In this document: piece after piece, positions 41,632 through 50,151 of the stretch
How the letters are laid out: each line of letters begins with the position of its first letter
Numbering within the stretch: position 1 is the stretch's first letter
NCBI GenBank assembly: GCA_041576165.1
Contig: JBFGLM010000020.1
Location: 1-64,000 of the forward strand
From: Acidimicrobiia bacterium
GTDB taxonomy: Bacteria; Actinomycetota; Acidimicrobiia; Spongiisociales; Spongiisociaceae
Length of the DNA stretch: 64,000 nt
Reading direction: 5' to 3'
Translations under genes and position numbers: made by a program
The notes under the pieces: model-generated
What the model was told of the DNA's origin: nothing
Database searches by the model: none
The model's input: only the letters and a program-made list of their open reading frames with translations

Positions 41632-42009
41632 GTGACCACGGTCCATCCTGAATCGCGTCGCCGCTGGCGACTGAGGGAATCGATCCTCTCCCGGCGGGGA
41701 CTTCCCTGGCTGGTCCTGGCGCTGACCGCGGTGACCGCCTTTGGCTATGCGTTTGGTGTCGAGTACTACTGCTCTAGGTATGGCGGCACGGATTGCTCGT
41801 GGGGGTTCAGCTGGTTGTTCGCCGGCGCCTATGCAGCGCTGGCCGCGGCTATGACCGTGATTCTCGAACTGGCCGGGGTGGTGTTGGTCCGGGTCTCGGA
41901 TCGCCGACATCTCATGGCACGCTTCACGGTGTTCCGCTCGGCGGTGGCGTTGTTGGTGTGGGCAGTGCCCATGTACGCCGTCGTTCTGGTGGCGACGCTA
42001 TATCGCTAG
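41632..42009 (+). CDS. Hypothetical three-TM membrane protein
   Basis: Three hydrophobic helices; AGGA upstream of the GTG. Confidence 0.5.
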   Translation: MTTVHPESRRRWRLRESILSRRGLPWLVLALTAVTAFGYAFGVEYYCSRYGGTDCSWGFSWLFAGAYAALAAAMTVILELAGVVLVRVSDRRHLMARFTVFRSAVALLVWAVPMYAVVLVATLYR

Positions 42010-42485
42010 GCGGTCACGATCCCGGACCACCGTTCTAGCTCGGCGGCGAGGTCCAAACGCTCGACCACGGCCCGCGTCTCATACTCGCCCCAGGAGTCGC
42101 GCGGAAGCATCCACATCACCTCGAGTTCGTTGCCGTCCGGGTCGGCACTGTACAGGCTGAGCGTGGCGCCGTGCGACGATTCACCTCCCAGCGCGCCGGC
42201 CGCAAGGAGCCGCTGCCGGTAGTCAGCCAGATCGTCGATGGTCGCCACCTGCCAGGCGAGGTGATACAACCCCGTGGTGCCTCGCGACGAACGGGGCGCG
42301 CCGGCGCCCATCCCAAACAGACCAAGATCGTGGTGGTTGGAGCTGTCAGGACAACGGAGAAATGCAGCGTTGAAACGCTCCTCCCGGCTGATCACCGTGA
42401 AGTCGAGCGTGCTGGTGTAGAAGTCGACCGCCTGGTCGAGATCCGACACAAACAGCACTGCATGGTTGAGACGTGTAATTGGCAT
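42006..42485 (-). CDS. VOC/glyoxalase family protein
   Basis: LNHAVLFVSD; NHHDLGL; GLYHLAW; DPDGNELE. Confidence 0.9.
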   Translation of the reverse strand: MPITRLNHAVLFVSDLDQAVDFYTSTLDFTVISREERFNAAFLRCPDSSNHHDLGLFGMGAGAPRSSRGTTGLYHLAWQVATIDDLADYRQRLLAAGALGGESSHGATLSLYSADPDGNELEVMWMLPRDSWGEYETRAVVERLDLAAELERWSGIVTA

Positions 42486-42561
42486 AGTGACCCTTCTCTT
42501 TCTACCCCATTCTCGTCTACTCCCGCCGCAGCGGGAAGGAGCCCAGAGCCGGCCCGGAACG

Positions 42562-42752
42562 CGTTTCTCCCCCTGCGGGGGAGGTGGATTCGGGGACGAT
42601 GAGGAGCCGAGTTCGGAGGGGGAGTGCCAGCTCGCCCGGCAAGCGGACGCCCCCGCCGCCCCTCTCGCGCAACCGACATCTCCGGGGGAGGAAATCGCGC
42701 GGTACCGGCCTGGACCAGGGTTTCCTCCCCCAGCGGGGGAGAAGGTGGATCG
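42562..42752. repeat. Cluster of REP-like palindromes CTCCCCC-N3-GGGGGAG
   Basis: Copies at 42567-42583 and 42725-42741, both preceded by a T-run and followed by GGTGGAT; partial copy near 42680-42694. Confidence 0.65.
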
Positions 42753-42818
42753 CTGCTCGGTAAGCGAGGGGTGACGGAGGCGACGTCGGGCGCGTGGCCC
42801 CCTCCGCCGCTCGCCCTG

Positions 42819-43361
42819 TCAGGCCTTGGCGGCCTGGACCACGATGTCTATGTCGAACTGCTTGCTCACCAGCCACCCGCCGGCCTCGAGGGCGACGTTC
42901 CAGTTGAGCCCCCAGTCCTCGCGATTGAACGTGCCGGTGGCGGCAAAGGCAGCTTTTTCGTTGCCCCACGGGTCGACGCTGATCCCGAGGTAGTCGACGT
43001 CCAGCACGATTGGCTTGGTCACGCCGTTGATCGTGAGATCACCGGTGAGCCGGTAGGACGAACCTTCGGGCTCAACCGAGGTTGACCGGAAACTGATCGT
43101 CGGATGTTCGGCAGCATCGAGGAAGTCGGGCGACCGGAGATGGTCGTCCCGATCGGCGGTCCCAGTATCGATGCTCGCAGCCACCACCGACACCTCCACC
43201 GAGCTGTCGTCCGGGGTCTCGCCGACGGTGATCGATCCCGAAAACTCTCTGAACGAGCCCCGGACCTTGCTGACCATCAAGTGTCGGGCACTGATCTCGA
43301 CCTGGCTGTGGGCCGGGTCGATAACCCATGTGCCGGTTTGGGGAAGCGTCTGGACGCTCAT
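42819..43361 (-). CDS. yceI: YceI family polyisoprenoid-binding protein
   Basis: WVIDPAHS; RHLMVSKVRG; RDDHLRSPDF; GDLTINGVTK. Confidence 0.92.
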   Translation of the reverse strand: MSVQTLPQTGTWVIDPAHSQVEISARHLMVSKVRGSFREFSGSITVGETPDDSSVEVSVVAASIDTGTADRDDHLRSPDFLDAAEHPTISFRSTSVEPEGSSYRLTGDLTINGVTKPIVLDVDYLGISVDPWGNEKAAFAATGTFNREDWGLNWNVALEAGGWLVSKQFDIDIVVQAAKA

Positions 43362-43451
43362 GCCATCTCCCTTCTTACTCAATATCTGACTGGTCAAGTA
43401 CCCTAGACGATTTAATTGAGCTGTCAACTGTTGATCAGTAAGATATCTGGC

Positions 43452-43904
43452 ATGAGCTCCGACTATGACCTTCGCATGCACACGTTCGGGGTCTGCCTGG
43501 AGGCGTTGACGCGCTTGAACAAGGCATTCGATCGATCGCTCAGGCAGCAGGTCGGTCTCAGCCTCGGCACGTTCGAGGCACTTCTCCGGATCGCCCGATC
43601 GGGCGGGTACGTGGCGATGGGGGACCTGGCAACCCAGATCGCTCTAACGTCTGGCGGGGTCACGCGGCTGGTCGATCGTCTCACCGCTGAGGGCATGGTC
43701 GAACGTCGGCCGTGCCCGACCGACCGTCGGGTGAACTACGTGGCGATCACCGAACAGGGGCAAGCCAGGCTGGATGAAGCGATCAAGGTCCATCAGGTAG
43801 ACATTGAGAACGAACTCACCGGCAGGATCACCGAGGACGAGCGGCGCACGCTCGTTCGCGTGATGGAACGCCTCCGGGAACCGGCCGCGGTCGACTCCAC
43901 CTGA
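43452..43904 (+). CDS. MarR family regulator divergent from yceI-VOC
   Basis: LTSGGVTRLVDRL..G.VER.PCPTDRR; TTGA-N4-TCAA-like palindromes in the intergenic gap. Confidence 0.9.
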   Translation: MSSDYDLRMHTFGVCLEALTRLNKAFDRSLRQQVGLSLGTFEALLRIARSGGYVAMGDLATQIALTSGGVTRLVDRLTAEGMVERRPCPTDRRVNYVAITEQGQARLDEAIKVHQVDIENELTGRITEDERRTLVRVMERLREPAAVDST

Positions 43905-43947
43905 CCCCGCGCGAGAATCGAAACGCAGCCAGCTGCTGGGAGCTTTG

Positions 43948-44247
43948 TTATCGGATTGCGCGAACCTCGTCGTAATTGCCGAACGCGGCGTCACTCTCGA
44001 TGAGTGCGCCGAGCTTGGCAGCCCATTCCTGGGTCTCGGGCCGATCATTGTTTTTCTCGGCTTCTTCGGCCGAAGAGAAATCGACCACAATCATGTAACG
44101 CCCGGGATGATCACGATCGGCGAGGAGCCGGCTGCCGATATAGCCAGGCGCTACCCCGGCCTCGGCCTCATGCCAGGTGGTGAGCAGTTGCTCCAGTGCC
44201 CCGGTATCCGCCGCCCGCACGCTCATGGTCTGGACGTATCGCACCAT
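43948..44247 (-). CDS. ABM-like dimeric alpha+beta barrel protein
   Basis: PGYIGSRLLADRDHPGRYMIVVDF; NDRPET. Confidence 0.7.
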   Translation of the reverse strand: MVRYVQTMSVRAADTGALEQLLTTWHEAEAGVAPGYIGSRLLADRDHPGRYMIVVDFSSAEEAEKNNDRPETQEWAAKLGALIESDAAFGNYDEVRAIR

Positions 44248-44326
44248 CGTCCTCCTTGCGTGGCGTCTCCAGGCTACGCCTGCCGCCGGCTCGACGGCGG
44301 GCCGAAATTGCCCGTATGGTGCACCG

Positions 44327-45115
44327 ATGGATGTACTGACTCGCCACAACGTGACGGTCGGCGGAGACCCCAATGGTCAACCCATGGTGTTCGCTCACGG
44401 GTTCGGGTGCGATCAGTCCATGTGGGCTGACGTCGCCGCGGCGTTTCCCGACTTCAAGACTGTCCTGTACGACCTGGTCGGATCAGGAAACTCTGAGATC
44501 ACGGCCTACAAGAAGAATCGGTACTCGGATCTCGCCGGCCACGCCGACGACGTGGTCGAGCTATGCCGGGCACTCGAACTGAGTGACGTCGTGTTCGTCG
44601 GGCACTCGGTGAGTGGGATGATCGGAGTGCTCGCGGTCAAGAAGGATTCCGACTTGTTCGACAAACTGGTTCTGGTCGGGCCATCCCCCCGCTACGTCAA
44701 CGACGGCGATTACGACGGCGGTTTCTCCGAAGACGACATCAAGTCGCTACTCGAGTCGCTCGACGCCAACTATTTCGGATGGTCGAGCACCATGGCCCCC
44801 GTGATCATGGGCAGCCCCGACCGCCCCGAACTCGGCCAGCGGTTGACAGAATCGTTTTGCCGCACCGACCCATACATCGCCAAGCATTTTGCGCGGGTGA
44901 CGTTTCTCTCGGACAACCGGGACGACCTCCCCGATGTGCAGGCGCCGACATTGGTCATGCAATGCTCCGACGATCCGATTGCGCCGACGCACGTCGGCGA
45001 ATACGTACGCGACGCCATTCCCGACAGCCGGATCGCGTATCTCGCTGCAACCGGACACTGCCCGAATGTCAGCGCCCCGGGTGAGGTCATCGCGGTGATG
45101 CGAGAGTTCGTGTGA
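44327..45115 (+). CDS. rsbQ: RsbQ-family alpha/beta hydrolase
   Basis: FAHGFGCDQSMW; GHSVSGMIG; PSPRYVND; FCRTDP; TGHCP. Confidence 0.9.
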   Translation: MDVLTRHNVTVGGDPNGQPMVFAHGFGCDQSMWADVAAAFPDFKTVLYDLVGSGNSEITAYKKNRYSDLAGHADDVVELCRALELSDVVFVGHSVSGMIGVLAVKKDSDLFDKLVLVGPSPRYVNDGDYDGGFSEDDIKSLLESLDANYFGWSSTMAPVIMGSPDRPELGQRLTESFCRTDPYIAKHFARVTFLSDNRDDLPDVQAPTLVMQCSDDPIAPTHVGEYVRDAIPDSRIAYLAATGHCPNVSAPGEVIAVMREFV

Positions 45116-47256
45116 GCGTTCCGCCGAGCGATGTCCAGAGCCGGTTGGAGGAGGCGCCATGCGGGTACCTGGTCACGGATACCGACGGCTCCATTCGGTG
45201 GGCGAACGAAACATTCAAAGCGTGGACGGGCTACTCGCCGGAAGATCTGACGGGTCGCCGTTTCCGGGACCTCCTGACGAAGGGCTCGCAGATCTTTTAT
45301 GAGACCCACCTCGGTCCGCTGCTGGGCATGCAGGGTCAACTGAGGGAGGTAGCCGTCGAAATCCGTCGGACCGACGGCAGCGTCATGCCGGTGCTGGTCA
45401 ATGCCACCGTTGCACCTTGCGCATCATCAGGCGACAAAGAGGTCCGCGTGGTGGTGATCGACGCCACGGAACGCCGCTTGTTCGAGCAGGAGTTGACCAA
45501 TATGCAGCGCCGGTTGCAGCGCCTGCAGGATGTGGCAACGTCACTTGCCGGCGCGCTGGGAATCGACGATGTCGTCGCAGTGACGCTGTCGGAGGCGGTC
45601 GATGGGATCAAGTCGGACGTGGGGATTCTGGGGCTCGCGCACGAGGATGGGTTTCAGATTCTCGGCAATCGAGCCACAGCCGGTGAGGATCGCAGAGACT
45701 GGGAGGTGGAGGGACACGAGGACGTGCCGTTCGTAGCGGAGGTCATGGCTCGGGCGGTTCCTCGGTTTGTCGACCACGCCGCCGGGGGTCAGAAAGAGCT
45801 GCCGGCCGGGTGGGCCGGCGGTGCGCGCTGCAGCCGCGTGGCCATTTTGCCACTGATCGTCAATCAGCGATCAATCGGTTTCCTCTGTCTCGGATCGCTC
45901 GATCTGACCGTGTACACACACGGCGAGCGTGCATTCATGACTGCGCTGACTGACATGTGCGCCCAGGCGCTGGAGCGGGCTCGGCTGCACGATCAAATCC
46001 AGACCAGGGCCGGCCAGACCCGGTTCCTGGCCGAGCTGATGGTCCGTCTCGAAGAGGTCATAACGGTGCGACAGCGCGCCCAGCGGCTGGTCGACTTCAT
46101 CGTTCCTGAGCTTGCCGACTACGCCACCATCGAGATCCCAGCGATGGGTCCGGCACCGGTCGGCTTGCGACACCGCGATCCGGCGTTGGAGGACACACTC
46201 CGTCGCTTGCGCACCAGTGCCGCAGCGGGCGCGCAACAGGCGCACTCCCTTGCGGCAGCCCGCGAAACCGGCGAGCCGCAACTGTTGACGGCTATCGACT
46301 CCTCGATGTACCGGGCGTATGGACTTGACGCTCAGCAGCTGGAGTGGTTGGAGACGATCGCGCCTCGGTCCTATGTGGGATTGCCGTTGGTGGATCGAGG
46401 TCGAGTGGTTGGCTCGCTGATGTTGGCCCACTCCGAATCCGGCCGTCGGTTTCGGACTGAGGATCTGGAGTTCCTCACACGGCTCAGCCAGCGGGCTGCG
46501 CTGGCTCTCGAAAACGCTCGTCTCTACGAACACGAGCGGGACGTCGCGCGCCAGCTTCAGGCGTCGCATTTCCCGCGGGAGCTACCGGAGCATCCTGGGA
46601 TACTCCTTCACGGTCTGTACCGGCCGGGGGCCGAACTGGTCGACATCGGCGGTGACTGGTACGACGCCTTCCAGATCAGCTGTGAGCGCATCGGTCTGGT
46701 GCTGGGCGATGTCGTTGGGCGGGGCGTCCCAGCTGCCGCCACAATGGGCCAGCTGCGGACTGCGCTTCGCGCCCACGCTCTGGAAGGCCACGGCGTGGCC
46801 TCGACAATCGCACGACTGGAAGCGTTCGCCACCACGATCGACGGAGCGCGGGCTGCGAGCGTCGTATACGGCGAGTTGGACACCACAACTGGCGTGCTCC
46901 ACTACGCCTGTGCCGGGCACCCGCCCCCAGTCCTCATAGCGCCCGGTGAGCGCCCAAGGGTCCTCATGGCGGGTCGATCGCCACTGCTGGGAGTGGGGTC
47001 GGATGATCGCGCCGCGGGCCAGACCGATGTCCCGATCGGGGCCACGGTGTTGTTCTACTCCGATGGGCTGGTCGAGGATCGAACCCGTTCGATCTCCGAC
47101 GGTATTGACGTCCTCAGCGACAACCTCGAGAAGAATCCGGATTTGGCTACCAAGCTGGATGTGCTGGCCGACCGCATGGTGGCGAGCGACGAACCGGACG
47201 ACACCTGTGCGCTATCCGTGACACGCTGGGCGGCGGAGCCTGACGCCGGCGCCTAG
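45112..47256 (+). CDS. RsbP-like PAS-GAF-GAF-SpoIIE (PP2C) phosphatase
   Basis: IFYETH PAS; GGDWYD; GDVVGRG; AGHPPP; YSDGLVE; DDTC. Confidence 0.9.
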   Translation: MSVPPSDVQSRLEEAPCGYLVTDTDGSIRWANETFKAWTGYSPEDLTGRRFRDLLTKGSQIFYETHLGPLLGMQGQLREVAVEIRRTDGSVMPVLVNATVAPCASSGDKEVRVVVIDATERRLFEQELTNMQRRLQRLQDVATSLAGALGIDDVVAVTLSEAVDGIKSDVGILGLAHEDGFQILGNRATAGEDRRDWEVEGHEDVPFVAEVMARAVPRFVDHAAGGQKELPAGWAGGARCSRVAILPLIVNQRSIGFLCLGSLDLTVYTHGERAFMTALTDMCAQALERARLHDQIQTRAGQTRFLAELMVRLEEVITVRQRAQRLVDFIVPELADYATIEIPAMGPAPVGLRHRDPALEDTLRRLRTSAAAGAQQAHSLAAARETGEPQLLTAIDSSMYRAYGLDAQQLEWLETIAPRSYVGLPLVDRGRVVGSLMLAHSESGRRFRTEDLEFLTRLSQRAALALENARLYEHERDVARQLQASHFPRELPEHPGILLHGLYRPGAELVDIGGDWYDAFQISCERIGLVLGDVVGRGVPAAATMGQLRTALRAHALEGHGVASTIARLEAFATTIDGARAASVVYGELDTTTGVLHYACAGHPPPVLIAPGERPRVLMAGRSPLLGVGSDDRAAGQTDVPIGATVLFYSDGLVEDRTRSISDGIDVLSDNLEKNPDLATKLDVLADRMVASDEPDDTCALSVTRWAAEPDAGA

Positions 47257-47314
47257 CCAGCCCCAGTTTGTTGCCGGCTGGGTTGTCGCGGCTGTACGCC
47301 GCAGATATCGCTGA

Positions 47315-47878
47315 TCAGGCGGTGGCCGGCTGCGGCCCTGGGTAGAGCAGCCGCTCCTTGGCGAAGCCTCGGAGGGCCCGGGTGGCCAAGACGGTCACGA
47401 ACAAGTTGATCGCGAAGTGCCACCACACCCGATAGCTGCTCGAGAATGGTCCTGCAGATACAAGGCCAAAGAAGGTCGAGATCCCGATCGCCTTGCCGAA
47501 CATGACCCAGGTCGCAGTGAGTGCCACATGCTCCGCCACGTGGACCCCCTGCCACATGATCGCTCTCTTCAGCAGCAGGTGATCGTTGATCGACAATTGT
47601 TTGCATACCAGCACTAGGCACATGCCGATCAAACCGACGAAGAAGATGCCGTTCCCGATCAAATGAAGCAACTCGGTGCCGGTGGCGCCGCCGCCGGCAA
47701 GCATGTCTCGGCCGAACACGGCCCATGGCGTTAGCCACGGTGCCTCCAGCGGATGTGCGAACCAGTATCCGAGCTGTGCGACATGCTCGACAAAATGAGC
47801 TACCTGGAAAGCGACGCCGGCCACGGCGATGTAGGTGATCGCCCGAAATGTCCGCGCGCTGACGCCTGCCCTCAACAT
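47315..47878 (-). CDS. His-rich four-TM membrane protein (DUF6008-like)
   Basis: HFVEHVAQ; ELLHLIGN; HVAEH; WWHFAIN; AGGAGG RBS. Confidence 0.6.
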   Translation of the reverse strand: MLRAGVSARTFRAITYIAVAGVAFQVAHFVEHVAQLGYWFAHPLEAPWLTPWAVFGRDMLAGGGATGTELLHLIGNGIFFVGLIGMCLVLVCKQLSINDHLLLKRAIMWQGVHVAEHVALTATWVMFGKAIGISTFFGLVSAGPFSSSYRVWWHFAINLFVTVLATRALRGFAKERLLYPGPQPATA

Positions 47879-48183
47879 GGGTGTCCTCCTGAGCCCCCAG
47901 CAATGTCCCGGTATCGGAAGGTGACGACGGGACGACCGACTATTCCTAGATTGTCATAATTCCGACAAAAAAATGTAACACATCTTGGACGTTTGGAGGA
48001 CACGAACTGGTTTCCGGATCCCTGAAATATCACCGTCTCTCGGTCGGCGCGGGAGCTCTCCGCTGTGGCCGAGCCGGCCGCTGCGCCGGAATCGTTTCGC
48101 TCCAGGCGGGCAAGCGCACCCCTCTCGAACGTCAGGTCCCTTGGCCCTATCAAGCGGTGGGCGCGACGGCATACCTTCACAGT

Positions 48184-48663
48184 ATGAGCTCGGAACAACG
48201 CAAACCTCCGTTCACCCCGCCCGGATGGCTCAACGCCGTTACTCGCACTGTTCTGCGTACGCCGGGGCTCGAGCGCCTCGTCGGACGCTCGACCGCCCTC
48301 GTCACCTTCACGGGGCGCAAGACCGGGAGGTCGTATACGACGCCGGTCACCTACACCCGCCGGGGCGACCGGGTGATCCTGACTGCTCATCCATCACGAC
48401 AATGGTGGCGCAACCTGCAGGCCCGCCCGCACGTCGGACTCCGGCTCGCGGGAGTTACGTTTGCCGGGACGGCCCGGGTGGCGCCGCGCGATGGTGCGCT
48501 CACCGCGCTCACCTCCTTTTTTGAGGATCAGCCGATGGCGGCCCGGGCCGCCGGGTTGAAGAAGGACGCAACCGGCACCTTCAACGCGCAGGATCTCGAG
48601 GATCGCCTCACCGACACGGTGGTTATCGTCGTCGACCTCGCACCCGTCGACTCGACCGTATGA
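48184..48663 (+). CDS. F420-dependent DDN-like nitroreductase family protein
   Basis: FTGRKTGRSYTTPV; WWRNL. Confidence 0.8.
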   Translation: MSSEQRKPPFTPPGWLNAVTRTVLRTPGLERLVGRSTALVTFTGRKTGRSYTTPVTYTRRGDRVILTAHPSRQWWRNLQARPHVGLRLAGVTFAGTARVAPRDGALTALTSFFEDQPMAARAAGLKKDATGTFNAQDLEDRLTDTVVIVVDLAPVDSTV

Positions 48664-48731
48664 ACGCAGGCCGACGGGGGCGGCGGCCGCCGGCCGGGTC
48701 GGGGGCCGTGCGACCCGTATAGGCTCGGGCG

Positions 48732-49904
48732 ATGTCGCGTACCCGTTCGGTGGGAGTCACGCTGGCCGTCTTGACGCCGGCTCGCCTGGTGCTCAACTCA
48801 GCCCATCGGTTCGTGTATCCGTTTCTACCGGTAATCGCGCGCGGGTTGGGCATCTCTCTCGAGTCGGCGGGAGCCCTGGTGGCAGCTCGCTGGGGAGTTG
48901 GCATGACCACCCCCCTGGTTGTGCGGGGGGTCGGGCCGGAGCACCGGCGCCGGTTGATCCTCACCGGGCTCTGGTTGTTCTCCGTTGGGGCGGTGGTGAC
49001 CGCTGCCACGTCAGTGTGGGTCGGTGCGCTGTTCGGCTTCGCGGCCATGGGCCTGGCCAAGTCGACTTTCGATGTGTCCGCCCAGGCCCACATTGCCGAC
49101 CGGGTTCCTTACCAGCGGAGAGGCCGGGCGCTCGCAGTCATGGAACTGACCTGGGCCGGCGGCTTCCTCGTAGGGGCGCCGTTCGCAGGCTGGTTGATCG
49201 ATCGCTCCGGCTGGCAGGCGCCGTTCTGGGTGCTGGCCGGTTTCGGCGCGGCCTCGGTCGTCGCAGTCATGGTGCTGATCCCTCACGACGGGGAAGTGGC
49301 TGGGAGGATCACCGGACGTCTGGACCTGGACCGGTCATCGTTCTCTTTGCTCGTGCTCATGGCGATGTTCTCGGGCGCTTCCGAGCTGATGTTCACGTCG
49401 CTCGGTGCATGGCTGGAAGGTTCATTCGGGTTGTCGATACTGGTGATCGGAGGCGTGGCCACCATCCTCGGTTTGGCCGAGCTGACCGGGGAGGGAAGCG
49501 TCCTCCTCATCACCGACCGGCTGGGAAAACGTCGGGCCGTGGCGGTCGGCCTGGCCCTAGCCGCGCTGGGGTACGCAGGTACGGGAGTCTTCAACGCCGG
49601 CTTGGTCCTCGGGCTCGGCTTCTTCGCACTCGCGCTGGCGGCATTCGAGTTCACGATCGTGTCCGCGATCCCGCTCGCCACCGAAGTGCAACCCCAAGCG
49701 CGCACCCAGTTTCTCTCACTGGGCATATTGGCGATGGGTGCCGGGCGAGCCATCGGTGCCCTTTTCGGGCCCCGCCTCTACGAAGCGTTCGGAGTTGCCG
49801 CCAATGCCTGGGTCGCGTCCCTCTGCAACATCGCCGGTCTGCTGCTGTTGTTTGCGCTCGTCGAGGAAGGACACACAGCGTCTGTTACCGAGAATGTGCC
49901 ATAG
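48732..49904 (+). CDS. MFS transporter
   Basis: About 12 TM helices; RRGRALA; DRLGKRR. Confidence 0.88.
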   Translation: MSRTRSVGVTLAVLTPARLVLNSAHRFVYPFLPVIARGLGISLESAGALVAARWGVGMTTPLVVRGVGPEHRRRLILTGLWLFSVGAVVTAATSVWVGALFGFAAMGLAKSTFDVSAQAHIADRVPYQRRGRALAVMELTWAGGFLVGAPFAGWLIDRSGWQAPFWVLAGFGAASVVAVMVLIPHDGEVAGRITGRLDLDRSSFSLLVLMAMFSGASELMFTSLGAWLEGSFGLSILVIGGVATILGLAELTGEGSVLLITDRLGKRRAVAVGLALAALGYAGTGVFNAGLVLGLGFFALALAAFEFTIVSAIPLATEVQPQARTQFLSLGILAMGAGRAIGALFGPRLYEAFGVAANAWVASLCNIAGLLLLFALVEEGHTASVTENVP

Positions 49905-49974
49905 GAAGCAGAATCCGGGCCACAGCAGGGGATTTCGGCCTCTGTGCAGCTGACGAGCGCCCTCGTAGAATGCG

Positions 49975-50062
49975 AGAGTACGGGGAGTATCCCGAACAGC
50001 GCAGTCGTCAGGACGGCCAGATGGCCCGGCTGCGCCGGCCCCCAGGGCGGGAGAGACCGACC
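49975..50062 (+). promoter_or_regulatory. yybP-ykoY (Mn2+/Ca2+) riboswitch
   Basis: GGGGAGTA...GTCGTCAGGACG...CCGG...GAGACC landmarks in the expected order; TAGAAT -10 at 49966; lies upstream of a P-type ATPase, a known context. Confidence 0.8.
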
Positions 50063-50151
50063 ATGATTGTTGTGGATGGAGGTCTCTCATCAATGCCTGA
50101 TCAGCACCCTCAGCTCGTGAGCCGGGGCGCAAGCATGGTGGTGGAGGCCCG

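Noticed and set aside
44327-47256. RsbQ-RsbP pair as a novel system
   Set aside because: A well-described, widespread module.
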